A stretch of DNA of 60,736 bases, filler included, from Globobulimina sp. (Eukaryota), in assembly GCA_003354225.1 (NCBI GenBank). It is 10 parts of 10 records of this genome, joined end to end, with 100 filler letters (N's around TTAATTAATTAA, not from the genome) between each part and the next. Parts side by side here need not be neighbours in the genome. Positions count along the whole stretch, not along the records: positions 36,540 to 42,521 come from PIVH01000387.1; positions 42,622 to 48,603 come from PIVH01000388.1; 8 more parts are not named here. One strand, written 5' to 3'. Within the stretch, counting starts at the first letter, position 1, and each line of letters opens with the position of its first letter. Under the pieces are notes generated by a model. That model did not search any database and had not been told where the DNA came from. It was given only the letters and a program-made list of their open reading frames with translations. Of this stretch, positions 36,729 through 48,703 are shown one piece after another. The translations under genes were made by a program, and so were the position numbers.

Positions 36729-38728
36729 ATGATGAAGCATTCCCAAGTGATCACAGGAGGACCCTCATATTCCCGTGATCTGTGGGACGCGCACGGTGTG
36801 AAAATGATATCCGATCGCGTCGACAAAGCCAAAAAATCAATGAAGCACTTACGTGATTTCTTCCAAGACGCAGCCAATATGTCCTTCCGCAACGCTCAAA
36901 CCACGCACAAACTGCAAACTATGAACATCGGCGCCTCAGAATTCGGCACCTTGAAATTTGTGCAAGATAGATACTGTGAATTGATAGGTACACTACACCG
37001 CCCTCCATAGTCCATACCCTCTGCATTGCGAACCATCGCAAAATCGCAACCAAAAAAATAAAAACATCAGAAACCATATCGAAAAATGAAGAAATTTTAG
37101 GCTCTAAAATCCGCACTCAATGTTACCAAAAGCTGTCTGACCAAATCAACCGAATCCAACGCGTGAACACCAAATTATTGTCCGACTTAAGCCAATGGCA
37201 GAAATCGCTGGAACGCGAACAAAAAAAGCTACGCAAAGCCAAGCAGGCGTACGACGAGAAGAAGCGGCAATGTTTGGCAGTGATCAAGGCGCTCAAAATC
37301 GAAAAAGAGCACTTGAACTCCATCAAGCACAGCCAATCGCAGTTGAACAAAGCGCCGCAGATCGAGTCCAATATCATGTCATTGCAGCAAAAATGCAAAC
37401 ATATGCAAGCTCAAAGCAGGGAGCAGTTGGACAATTACATCCGCGCTGTGAGCATTTACCGCGGCTTCCGCCTCAAATACGACTCGTCTACGGGCGCTTT
37501 GTTGGATCAGTTGGAGCAAACCGAGTGCGATCGGGCCGCGATGTTGCACCGCATTTTGAAGCTCTACTTGGAAATCCAGCAGGTTATGGTCCAGCAGTCC
37601 TTGCGCAACATCGACACGATCAGCAAACACATCGCCAACATCGACGCGCATTCCGACAACATGGTCTTTGTCGAAAAGTGCCGCTCTGCGCAGAAAAAGC
37701 CTGCGTTGCCAGACCCGAAGTTCCATCCCGACGACGAAGATGACGGCACGGTGAGCTTTCGCAGCGATGAGGGCAACATTGAGGAGTCTGCAGAGGTGAA
37801 GTTTTGGTGCGAAAAATGGAGGTTGGTGGTGGGCAAAATCCTGCAGCGCGACATTGAATTGGTGAGTCCAAAGAGTCTGAACTCGAACAAGGATGGCCAT
37901 GAAAGCAAGGAGAAGGAGCAGGAGAATGAGAATGAGAATGGAGGCCATTCGGACGAAGCTTTTGCTTTCATTCAGCTGACGGACGAGGAATACGCGTCGT
38001 TGCGAGAGAAATGTCTGTCAAGTTTGGAGAGCTCGCACGGCCGCATCGCATTCAGTTTGATTATAAATCGGCAGCGGAACACCGAGTACGGCCTAGAACT
38101 GCAACGCCAGCAATTTATTGGCTTGGTGGAGTTAATCACTTTGTTTTTCGACGCCATTCAGAAGTCGGAGCCGTTGGACATTAAGCCGGCGAAGTTGGTG
38201 ATGATTATGTCGCAGAGTCTGTACATTCGGAAGGCGACGGTGTTGGACATGTTGACTGATTCGGAGAGCATTGAGATGAAGGAAGGCGGCAATGGCGGCT
38301 ACAATAAGTTGTTCATTCAGGATCGGATCAAGAATCACTGCATTTGGAAGAACGACAAGTTTTGGAAAGAGGCGTATTGCGACAGTGTGCAGCAAGAGAT
38401 ATTGAAGTATCCGGCCATCAAGAAATGGCACAGCGAGGAGGAACAGAGCGAGGCCGAACGGAGGGAGGAACAGATCATATTCAGTCAGTTGGCGGCGTGG
38501 ACTCACAATATGAAGGAATTTGGCACTGAGAATGAGAAAATTGTAAAGTTTTTGGATTCTCGAGGCTTGAAAGCGGAGCAAGTGGAGGTGTTGAAGGCGA
38601 CTTTGCAGTTAGATGAGGCGAAGGAGAACGAAAAGGAAAAGGAAAAGGACGGCAATAAGAATGACGAGAACAGGTTGGACAATGCGACTGCTTCAATGTC
38701 GCCTGAATCGTCCACTGGTCTGCCATGA
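36729..38728 (+). CDS. F-BAR (FCH) domain plus SBF2-like domain protein; intron 36988-37100
   Basis: YSRDLWD..G..MI..R......L.DFF, EFGTL and LDQLEQ.E.DR (F-BAR). GR..F...IN.QR, AKLVM.MSQS.Y, IKNH.IW.N..FW...Y..SV..E and IIFSQL....NM..FG (SBF2-like). A GTACAC...TTTTAG intron joins the exons in frame. Confidence 0.8.
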
Positions 38729-38821
38729 AATGAAATGCTTTTTGTTTGTTGTTGTGTATTGTTGTAATTTCTTTTTTTTTTCAAAAAAAACTTTTTAAAA
38801 CTTCATACTGTATATCTACAT

Positions 38822-39459
38822 ATGGGAAACAAAGCTTCTATCACTTCCAATCAAAATACATAATATATTGCTTTACTTGGATTTATAAACAGTGGGAAAT
38901 CGACTATTATCACTGTTTTAGATCATGGTATTCCCAAAACGCGTAAACAATTGGATTTCACATCAAAGAAATACAAGCCATCGACTAAGATGTCATTAAG
39001 TTTATATTATATACAGGACATGATAGCAATAAGAATAAGAATTGGACAACAGAATTACATTTGGCATATGCGAAAAATGAATTAATTTTAAAACAAATGG
39101 AATCAATTTATATTAACGATATGTGCAAATCAATAAAAATAAGTACTTTAGAATAGGACCTGTTTGAAACACCGAGTGTTTAAACAATTTAAAATCCTAT
39201 GGAGATTTACATACAGTGCTAGGATCCGATAATGTATACAATTTCAAAAGAAAAGTGTTCCAAACACGTCCTATTCTAACGTATTGACATAATACCAAAT
39301 GATATCGTATCAGTGATCAAAGAATATTTAAAAGAAACATTGGATGTGGATCAATATATTACATCGTTTCTAAAAACAAATTATAAAAACGGATATGTGA
39401 GAATAAAACCGGATGGAGCAATGGCGATTATTATACCAAACCGGCACTACTTATCTTAG
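38822..39459 (+). pseudogene. Degenerate Arf-like/P-loop gene remnant interrupted by a MITE
   Basis: MGNKAS (myristoylation-like start), then an in-frame TAA, then IALLGFINSGKSTII. A later frame reads IIPNDIVSVIKEYL once the MITE is removed. Confidence 0.5.
39146..39281. mobile_element. Tc1/mariner-type MITE, 136 bp, TA target-site duplication
   Basis: 27-bp TIRs (39146-39172 vs 39255-39281, 24/27 match) flanked by TA at 39144-45 and 39282-83. Removing the element plus one TA restores MCKSIKISIDIIPNDIV. Confidence 0.88.
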
Positions 39460-39646
39460 CAAATAAAACTGATTTACATAATACTTTGACTTTAAATCAA
39501 ATTGCAATGAAGTTGCAATTAAATACATTGCGTAATCTCCGTACCAATGTGTGGGATTCCATTAATTGGCTTGTAAATACCCTCCAACTCCAAGGAGTTT
39601 TGCACCAAACTTGAAACTTGTGTTCATCAAATAAGAATTTAATACA

Positions 39647-40339
39647 ATGCTCATCGCAGCTGTGATTGGAGGAGTGATGGCTGCAAAGGCCAGAAGACAT
39701 AATGCAACAATTGAGACAGCTGCGTCTTCGACACCTATAACTATGGACGATGACATTAAACATGATTCTGTTGAAGATGTAAACATAAACAAAGGAGATA
39801 TAGCAACAACACAGGGTATCGAAAGTGTTGCAGATAAAGATAATCATGAAAGATGCACAGAGCACAAATTAATAGAACAAAAAACAAGTGTACAAACATC
39901 AAACACAGCAGAAAATAAACTAAATGGAAGTGCTACATTGGATTTATGGGAATATAAAATAGAAAATAATGCTGTGATTAAAATTCAAACATGTGTCAGC
40001 TCACAATTTATTTGTTGCTATAAAAATGGATCAATTGACTGTATGGATACAAAAGAGGACGGAACATTGTTTCATTCCATACCTACAGGAAATGGCAAAG
40101 TTGCATTGAAATCAGATTATGGTTATTTATACATTGATAAACAAAATATTAAGTTGCAAGCACAGGAATATTGCTTTGGTATTAAACAATTTGGAGCTAA
40201 ATTCAGATTAAAATCACCCGATGGAGAGTATATGATGGGTTTTCACTCAAAATCGAATAATTTAACAGCAGTCACTGTAATGGATTCCGTCCACTATGAT
40301 GCTAAAATGTTTGTGTTTGTAATCGTTCAAAATAATTAA
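39647..40339 (+). CDS. Hypothetical protein with an N-terminal hydrophobic segment and a possible beta-trefoil/fascin-like C-terminal domain
   Basis: 230-aa ORF with repeated I.IQT..SQFI, VALKSDYGYL and FRLKS.DG.YM strand patterns. Confidence 0.45.
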   Translation: MLIAAVIGGVMAAKARRHNATIETAASSTPITMDDDIKHDSVEDVNINKGDIATTQGIESVADKDNHERCTEHKLIEQKTSVQTSNTAENKLNGSATLDLWEYKIENNAVIKIQTCVSSQFICCYKNGSIDCMDTKEDGTLFHSIPTGNGKVALKSDYGYLYIDKQNIKLQAQEYCFGIKQFGAKFRLKSPDGEYMMGFHSKSNNLTAVTVMDSVHYDAKMFVFVIVQNN

Positions 40340-40461
40340 TAATGTCTTTTTGTACACAAACTGGTTGAAATTAAATTAAATAATACGACTATACTAAAAG
40401 TTAAATTGCAAGCAATCAAAATATGTCACACAAAAAAAAAGCAGTTATTATTGATATTATT

Positions 40462-42521
40462 CTACCATTCATTTCCAGTGTCATTATAATTGAACTTAAC
40501 CTTTATCAAATAACGCATTTTAACTTGAGATGTATCATAAATAATAAACTCATTATACAACAATGATGATTTAATAGAATTATCTTTTTTGGGTTTTCCT
40601 AAAGGAACAATACAGCCATTTTCCAAACGAACATATTGAGAGAAATCAGGAGCCGTTTTCCCAACTCCTTTGGTGGAATGCTTTCCATTCAGAATATCTT
40701 TTGCATTGTAATCCGATTGAAATAACTCATTCATTTCACCCAAAGCCACCTCGCACAACAACAGTAAACCAACATTTTTATCCTTTGTAGTAAAGCAATA
40801 ATTTGCAGATTTACTGCACATATCGGCAAAATACACGCCTTTACCAAACATGTAGCCAGTTACCGGCGCTTCAGGCGGTGCGATACGGAGTCCTTTCGAT
40901 ATTATGCCGGCGTAATTCGTCAATCTCGAACCGTGCCATAATAACATTCTATTTTGACAATGCTCCCATTTTCTAAACCTCTCGTTTTCTGAATATTTAT
41001 TAATTCGAAATATTGTGTCAACACTCAATGAAAATCTATTATGGGTCTCAGCGTGTGTGTTGCTTACAAATTTGGTCAACATTTTAAACTCTTTTTCATT
41101 CTTTTCGACGTTTTGCATTTCAGTATCTAACAAATCAAAATGTGTATCAATCGGGTTTTGAATGATTTTGTTTTCCTTTTCTTTGGACAATAAACGCGAA
41201 GCCACTTCAATTTCACTCAATGCTTCAATTAATTTCATTTCTTTCTTTAATAAAATCTCGGAATTGATTGGTGGCGGCATTCGATAACCAAATTCGTGCG
41301 GTATTAACGTATAATAAGTTGACGATAATTGAGTGATCGCATAGCGGTTTACTTTGCGTGACGATTTAGTGCTGGTTCTCTTTCGTTTGCTGCGTCGCAA
41401 ATTTGTGTCGTTGTCATCTGAAGAAACAACATCATCGCAAATATCATCCTGTTGTCCTAATTCATATTCAATATCCTTCAAAACCTGGATATCAAATTAT
41501 TAGTACACTCAAAACAAAACAAAATAAAAACTGCACTATACCTCACCTGGTACGCGTCCTTAATAACTTTGTCGTTGATCTTTCCGAGGGGTAATTTATT
41601 GGCATCGTATCCAATTTCTTTCATGTGATCGCGCATCATTTTTTTATCAAAAATCAATTGTATCAAATCTTGTATCTTTGGGTGTAGTTTGGATGCAATT
41701 TCAGATTCTTGCTTTGTAGCTTGGTCGTTATCCCACGGATCTTTCCCATTTGCATTGGAATAATCCATTGGTAAATATGTATATTTCCGAGCAAACGATT
41801 CAAAGTTATCTCGATTTGGCCACTCATTCAAAGTTTTGGCGTAGAATTTATCTGTAAATTTCGCCACTAATTCCTGGGAAGTACCCGCAGTTAAACTGGT
41901 TTGTCCTTTGTACCCAACGCGACCCCATCTGAACCAGCTAAATATTTCACCATTTCCAGTCTGCAGAATCTGTATTTTGTAGAACTTGTTGTTGTTTTGG
42001 TGGATGTTGGTTTGATTCAACATCGCTGTGTAAAAAACACCATTTTCCTCAAAAACACGCGTTGTTGGATCGCCATCAAAATATTCATCCACCGGCGGCA
42101 GTGCCGCTGATGTGTCTTTTTCAACTTTTATCGTTTTTAATTGTTCCTTTTCTTCTCGTTCTTTTTCAAATTCTTCAGCAATGATAAAACCTTCGTTTAT
42201 TTTCGAAACTAATAATAATGCAACAGTGTCAAGCGTTGCTTTCGTTGATTTAAATTTTTTGTTTGTTTTTCGTCCTTTATTTCCGATTTTGCCTTTTCTC
42301 ATTGAATAACTTTTGCGGTCATTGTTTATGCTGACTCGAATGAATTGATTTTCTTCTTCGTTTTGCAATAAAACAAAAGATTCTTTTAACAGTGTTTTTA
42401 TTCTTTCAGTTTCTTCATTTTTTATTGTTTGGTTCGAATTCAAATGTTCATCATCATCATCATCGTCGGAATAATCACTTGTTCTGGAGCGGTTTTTTGC
42501 ATCATTCAAAAGTTGCAAACG
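40462..42521 (-). CDS. PARP: Poly(ADP-ribose) polymerase (WGR - regulatory - catalytic), intron 41485-41546, 5' partial
   Basis: LNQTN...NNNKFY.IQ, RWGRVG, KLPLGKI, YYTLIPH.FG, LWHGSR, GLRIAPPEAPVTGYMFGKGVYFAD..SKSANY and LLYNEFIIY (intact H-Y-E triad). GTGAGG...TCCAG intron. Confidence 0.96.
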
Positions 42522-42621
42522 NNNNNNNNNNNNNNNNNNNNNNNNNNNNNNNNNNNNNNNNNNNNTTAATTAATTAANNNNNNNNNNNNNNNNNNNNNNN
42601 NNNNNNNNNNNNNNNNNNNNN
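42522..42621. other. Artificial contig spacer 7
   Basis: Same linker. Confidence 0.99.
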
Positions 42622-42683
42622 TTTTTTTTGGGACGGCAATTTTACTTGGGTTAGCACTTATAAAATAAGTATAGCTAGGGGAC

Positions 42684-42763
42684 ATAATATAGTTATCACA
42701 GTATAATACAATATAATATAGTTATCACAATTTATTATCACATGTTATATCATGTTATATCAT
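42684..42763. repeat. Short direct repeats in the 3' UTR of LINE family C
   Basis: ATAATATAGTTATCACA at 42684 and 42713; CATGTTATAT tandem at 42741-42760. Confidence 0.7.
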
Positions 42764-42775
42764 TTTCTTTGTGAT

Positions 42776-45700
42776 TCAAGTAATTCCTTCTCTATTTTCA
42801 GGAACTTGTTGATTACGTCTGTCGATTTCTTCATCTTTATTTCGTATGTCGATAGTTGGTTGGGATTCTTCGCCATCATCATCATTGTGGTTGATTTGGT
42901 GTATCGTATTGTCATTTATAACTTGATTGATGATTTCGTCTATGTGAATTAGAATATCGTTATTATTATTGATTACTTCATATATTTTTATTTCTGGTCT
43001 ATTTTTATATAGGATTTTGATTATATTTCCTGTTGAGTTTATAATATGTCCATGTACATTATCGTTAAGTAACCATATAGTTGAATTTTCAATAAATTTA
43101 TTGGTTGATTTTGGTATTGAATTTGATTTCGTTTCACCATCTAAAACCTGTGGTAGCATACCCCATAAATTCTTTAGAGAATCTGAATTTTTCGGTAATT
43201 TGTAGTTATCGGGACATAGCCATAGTAGATGTTCTAGAGATTCGATTTCATTATTGTCACATCTTGAACATATTGTATTACTTCTTTCGTTGAGGAATAG
43301 GGATCCACATTTTGCTTTTAACCAATATTCGGCTCCGGCTTTTAGATTTAGCTTGTAGTTAGTTTTTGGTGTTGTTTTGTTTCTATAATATTTTAATGTT
43401 GTCGAATTTAGCACCATATTTCTATATTTTTCTAGCCATTTTTCGTAAACTATAGTTCTTACTGTAGTTGATAGAGGAATATTGAGATAGTTTATATCGT
43501 ATTTTTCGCAGCATTTTATTGCATGTTGAACCCATGTTATAGTATTTGGATTTTCTCGATATATTGCCAATTGCTCGATTATGACTAATTTGACTATATT
43601 ATTGTCTTCTAGTTTTTGGATATGATTAAAATAGTTTATAGTTCGTTTTTCAGCTTCCATTATCATTGGTATTAGTTCTGTTTCACCGTAAAGTGCTGCT
43701 TGTTGTGTGTGTCTGGGTAGTTTTGCAATCATTCTGATAAATTCTCGTTGTTGGATATCGATTCCAGTGAAAGTGTTGTCGCTAAATGGTATTGCAGCCA
43801 TTCCATGTAGTATTTTCGGGTTAACATAAGTACTCCATATTTTTGATCCATATGTTATAGGTCTTGCTGTTGATGTTGCTGGTCTGTAGCATCTTCCTGC
43901 TTCTTTTCTTGTTTTATCGGATAGGCTAATTTTGTGTTTAGATAAAATGTCCGTTCTGTGTTTACTGATTGTAATCCCTAAATATTTGGCTTCCTTTTCT
44001 TCTTTGATAAATATCGTAGTTTCTTCGTTTTCGGTAATAAACATTGTTCCTAACTTCCATTTTCTATCGTTATCGATTTCTCTTCTTATTGGGATTACTA
44101 GACTTTTTGGGCCGGAAAATTCAATTTTCCATTTTTGTGCGTAGTTACCGACAATTTTTAGTAATTTCGTCATATTGTAATCGGATGAACCAAATAGTAG
44201 CATATCGTCTGCAAAGAAAATTCCTGATATATTTTTATTGATATTGTTTGTTCCTATTGATATTCCAAGGTTTGAATTTTCGATTTCCTTTCCTAAGTCT
44301 GCTATATATAGGTTCCATAATATCGGGGACATCGTACACCCTTGTCGTAATCCTACATTCATTGATAATCGTTCTGTTTTTTGATCTTGAAATTGTAATA
44401 TCGCTCCTGGATTGTGGTAACTACTTTCTATTGCTCTTATTAGTTTATCGGGAAAGCCGTAATCTCGTAATTTCTTCCATAACCCTTCGCGCCAAACTCT
44501 ATCGTATGCTTTACAAATGTCTAATAGTGCTATTGCTGCTCCTGTTGATATTGATAATTGTTTGGCTATTTTTATGGCATGTTGTATTACTAGTATACAG
44601 TCTTCTATCCTTTTATTCGATCGGAATCCATGTTGTATGTAGCCTAATATGTTTTTCTTTTCAGTTATTGTTTCTAGTCTTTTCGTCAATATAGTTAAAT
44701 ATACTTTACAGAGATTACAACCTAGACACAATGTTCTGTAATTTTTGATATCGCTTTTTGATCCTTTTTTATGTAGTAATTTGACTTCTTGTGTTTTACC
44801 TATATCGGGAAAAAATCCTGTATTGTACCATCTATTGAATAAAGTTAATGCCATTTGTTTTGTTTCTTCTGGCCAATTTTTTATAAATTCACTCGGGATA
44901 TTGGTTGTTCCAGCTGATGTTCCATTTTTAAGTCTTTTTATAGATTCGTTTAGTTCTTTGATAGTTATATCGTTATCCATTTCAAGTCTGTCTGATCCTG
45001 TTATTATATTATCTAGTCCTACGCGTTTCATATTATCGTCTGCTTTTGGCCAGAATCCTAAAGTGAATATATTATCCCAAAAGTCGGTTAGATGTATATT
45101 GATATCGTCAGGATTGGTTATCGGTTCTTTATTATCGTTTATTAGTGTGACTGGTTCTTGTATTCCTCTATTGAGATTTTTCATTATGTCATATAGTTGA
45201 TGAAATTTTCGTTTAGGGTTTTTGAGCCATTTCTTGTGGGCTTTCTCAATTCTTGTCATTTCGTTTTTCATTCTAAGATCTCTTTGTTCTTGTATATGAG
45301 CGAATAATGTTTTTAGGTTATCTTGAATATCCCCTTCGTTATGTCGTATTTTCTTTCTTATAGCTGCAATATTGGATTGGATCTTTTTTGCTTTATTTGA
45401 CATTCGTTTTTTTCTGTTTGGTTTTCGGTATCCTATCGTATTTTCGCCAGCTGTTGTCATATTAGTTAACAATGTTTCTATATTTATATTAGTATTATCG
45501 GTTTCTTCAGTTATAGTTTTAAGTTTATCTCTGTAGGCCTTCCAATCAGTATCGTCGTTTATTTGCCATTTATTTTTCTGTTGATTTTGTATTTGGGATA
45601 TATTGCTGTTATGTTGATATATATCGAAAGTGGTATGAATAAAGCAGTGGTCACAACCTCCAGTACCTAATTCGCAGTTGTTTTCGTCAATGTACATTTT

Positions 45701-46477
45701 GTTAATTTTACTTAATTTCGAGTGGAAAAGTAGGTCAAGAATTTGGGGTTTATTGTTTAGTTTTCGTACTCCCCAAGTCCATTTTCCTATCGTGTTGTTA
45801 TCGTTATTGCCAAGATTAAGATCACATGTTTGGATAAATTCTCTGATTATAGTGCCATTATTGTTTATTGTGTCGTGGTTACCTTTAATTCCATAAATAT
45901 CGTTTCCTATATGGCCGTTAAAGTCTCCTACTATGATGATTTCGTAATTATTAAAGCGGCACCAGTTGATATGGGAGATTAGACGTTGATATAACTCTGT
46001 GTTTATCAAATTGGCATCTTCGAAACTTTGATTTTTGAAATATACAGCACATATCGCAGTTGGGCCATTATTTTGACATAATATCCAATTATATAAATTA
46101 CTTACCGAATCGGTTGCGCCATCTATATCTAGTTTGGTCGGTTTCATAGAATTTTTCCCCCATATGCTAATACCCCCCGCATAGTTATCAATTTGTAGTT
46201 TATGGAATCCAATATAGTTATCAAAGTTTTTGATATCTAGTGGACTTTTACATTTGGTTTCAACACAGCAAATAATGTCGGGAGAAAGACAAACAATATT
46301 ATTTAGCATGATATCAACTTTATTATTTATAGAGCATATATTATTATATAGTACAGATATCGACTTATATTTTATTTTGTTTCCGTTTGTACAATATCGT
46401 TTCTCATTGAATTTTATCGTTTTCTTTGGTATATCGGTACAAGTTAAATTATCGATGTCCCCCAATTTCTCCTTATG
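42776..46477 (-). mobile_element. LINE family C ORF2: uninterrupted APE-RT-CCHC frame (~1230 aa), no RNase H
   Basis: PDIICCVETK, GDFNGH, ILDL and CDH (APE). NYRTL, QHGFR, LDICKAYD, GLRQGCTMSP, FFADDM and KYLGI (RT). CSRC....ESLEHLLWLC knuckle. Confidence 0.95.
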
Positions 46478-48603
46478 TCATAATTTATCTTGAGCTATGT
46501 ATCCTCTATCCCACCTATCCCCTTTGCGCATTCCTCTACTACTATTTGCTGATCCACCAAAAGAAGTTATACCTATTGTAGGACCAGTTTGGTCATGATG
46601 TTGTGACCTTAGTGATGTATCTTGAGTTATATATCTTCTGTCCCATCTGTCCCCTTCATATGGTTTTGTTTGATTGCTTGGTATTTTAGCATTTAGCCCA
46701 TATAAACTTCTTACCCAATTAACTTTTTCATCCTCTGATAGGTCTTCATATCGTCGTTTGGCAAAGGTTTTTGGTTGATGTCGATTCATTCCTTCATATC
46801 GTGACTGTTGTTCATACGGTTTCCTCATTGAACTGGATATAGAAGTCGCTGGTGAATATGATGTTCTGATTGTTGATTTGGTCGTTTCAGTTATCGTACG
46901 TTTTTCTAAGGTCGTCATTCGTGCTTCTAGTTTTTCGATTTTTTCGTTCAATCGCTTAATAGTGTTGTGGGAATCTTGAGTGCTCCGGGGACCTATAGCT
47001 TCTGGTTGTTCATGTTGTTTGCCTGAGACAGTATCGTTTATTGACATATATCGTAATGTATTATCGTCTGTCACTTCCGTACTCTCATGTTTATCGTCAT
47101 GGTCAGAAAAACTCGAAATATCGTCAATTTTTATAGTATCTACTTTCTCAGTTGTAGTATCGTTATTTTTGGTTGTATCGGTTATAGTATCGTCAGATTT
47201 ATCAATATCGCTTGTATTTCGATTCTTGACTAATTCAGATATCGATTTCTTTCTTCCAGATTTTGGTGTTTTTTTCCTATCTTTCGGATATTTTACTGAC
47301 GCATTTATTATCGTAGTTGACTCTCTATATTTTCTAGTTTTTCGCTTAATCGACGCACTTTTCCGTTTATTTAATTTGCGCCTGAGTTTTCGTGATAATA
47401 AAAGCTGATTTAAATATAGATTCTCCCATTTTTTATTTCTTAAAATCAATCGCAAATATTGGCTATCATGGTTATCAATATTATCGGTTATTTTGTTTTG
47501 GTGATACTTATTCCCTTCTTGTTTATTGGCTATTTCGAAATCCTTGAAATTTTCCGGTTCCGTAGTTGACACAATCTCTTCGATGCGGTTATGTGAACAG
47601 CGCCCATTGATTACTGTATTGTTCGGAACAATATTGATATTGATTGAATTATTATCGGTTATATAGTTAGATAAATTGATTTTAATTTCGTTATTCGTAT
47701 TGTTACAAGGATCTGATTTATCGTTTTCAGTATTCGTACAAGCATCTAGTTTATCACAGAATTTTTCAGTATTCGTATAGGCATCGAATTTTTCACAAAT
47801 TATAGTATTCGTTGAAGATTCTATAATATCATATGTGGTAGTATTCAAGCTTGAATCTTTTAATTCGGGAGTTATAGTATTTGTAGCCATATCGTAATAT
47901 TCGTGCGATATCGTATTTGAGCTACAGTCAGTATATGTATTTACTAAAGTATTAGTAGCCGAGTTTTTGAGGGGATTTTTTTGTATAGTATTTGTACCGA
48001 CATCAAGTTTTTCGTAATATGGTGTATTCGTATCGGTATTTATCATTACGGCAGCAGGAATGTTAATTTGATTAATAGCACTAATCTGTATAGAGTTAGG
48101 TATATCGACCGTTATTACTGATTCGTTATTTAAAGTTGATAATTCTGATATATCGTCGTCGTTAATATCAATTTTGTCGTTGTCAAATTCTGGTGGTCTA
48201 ATATCATATAATATAGGTAATATTGGCTCATTGTTAGATGTAGTTGGCCCGTCTAGGATATCATATCGTTGTTAATCATATCGGTTTTATCGTCGTTTAA
48301 TAGTTCTGATATAAAATCTGGATCTAAATATTGAGGTGAATATGGTATATTTGATTCTAGGGGTTTTAGTTTTGCAATTTTATCGAATTTTTCCAAGGGT
48401 GATATTTTATCGTGTTTCATAATAACTTTAGTTTTCGATTTCAGATTCGATTTAGAATGTAGATCTGATTGAATGGAAAGGGTTGAATTTCCCTTAATTG
48501 GTTTCTTAATTTCGATTTTTTCCTCTAGTTTTGTTGGTTTTGATTTAAATTTGACACTTCGTTCGGCAATTCTTTGATTTCTAGCTTCAATATCCTTTTG
48601 TGC
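46478..48603 (-). mobile_element. LINE family C ORF1-like region, 5' partial, one frameshift near 48265
   Basis: Long low-complexity frame upstream of ORF2. Contains nine xxxTNT-like repeats, a basic patch, a coiled coil (IKRLNEKIEKLEARMTTLE) and a duplicated GDRWDR.YI.QD motif. Confidence 0.75.
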
Positions 48604-48703
48604 NNNNNNNNNNNNNNNNNNNNNNNNNNNNNNNNNNNNNNNNNNNNTTAATTAATTAANNNNNNNNNNNNNNNNNNNNNNNNNNNNNNNNNNNNNNNNN
48701 NNN
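48604..48703. other. Artificial contig spacer 8
   Basis: Same linker. Confidence 0.99.

Noticed and set aside
37195-38726. Several long overlapping and antisense ORFs
   Set aside because: Shadow frames of the GC-richer F-BAR gene with no independent motifs.
42969-47408. Plus-strand ORFs over LINE family C
   Set aside because: Antisense shadows of an A-rich coding strand.
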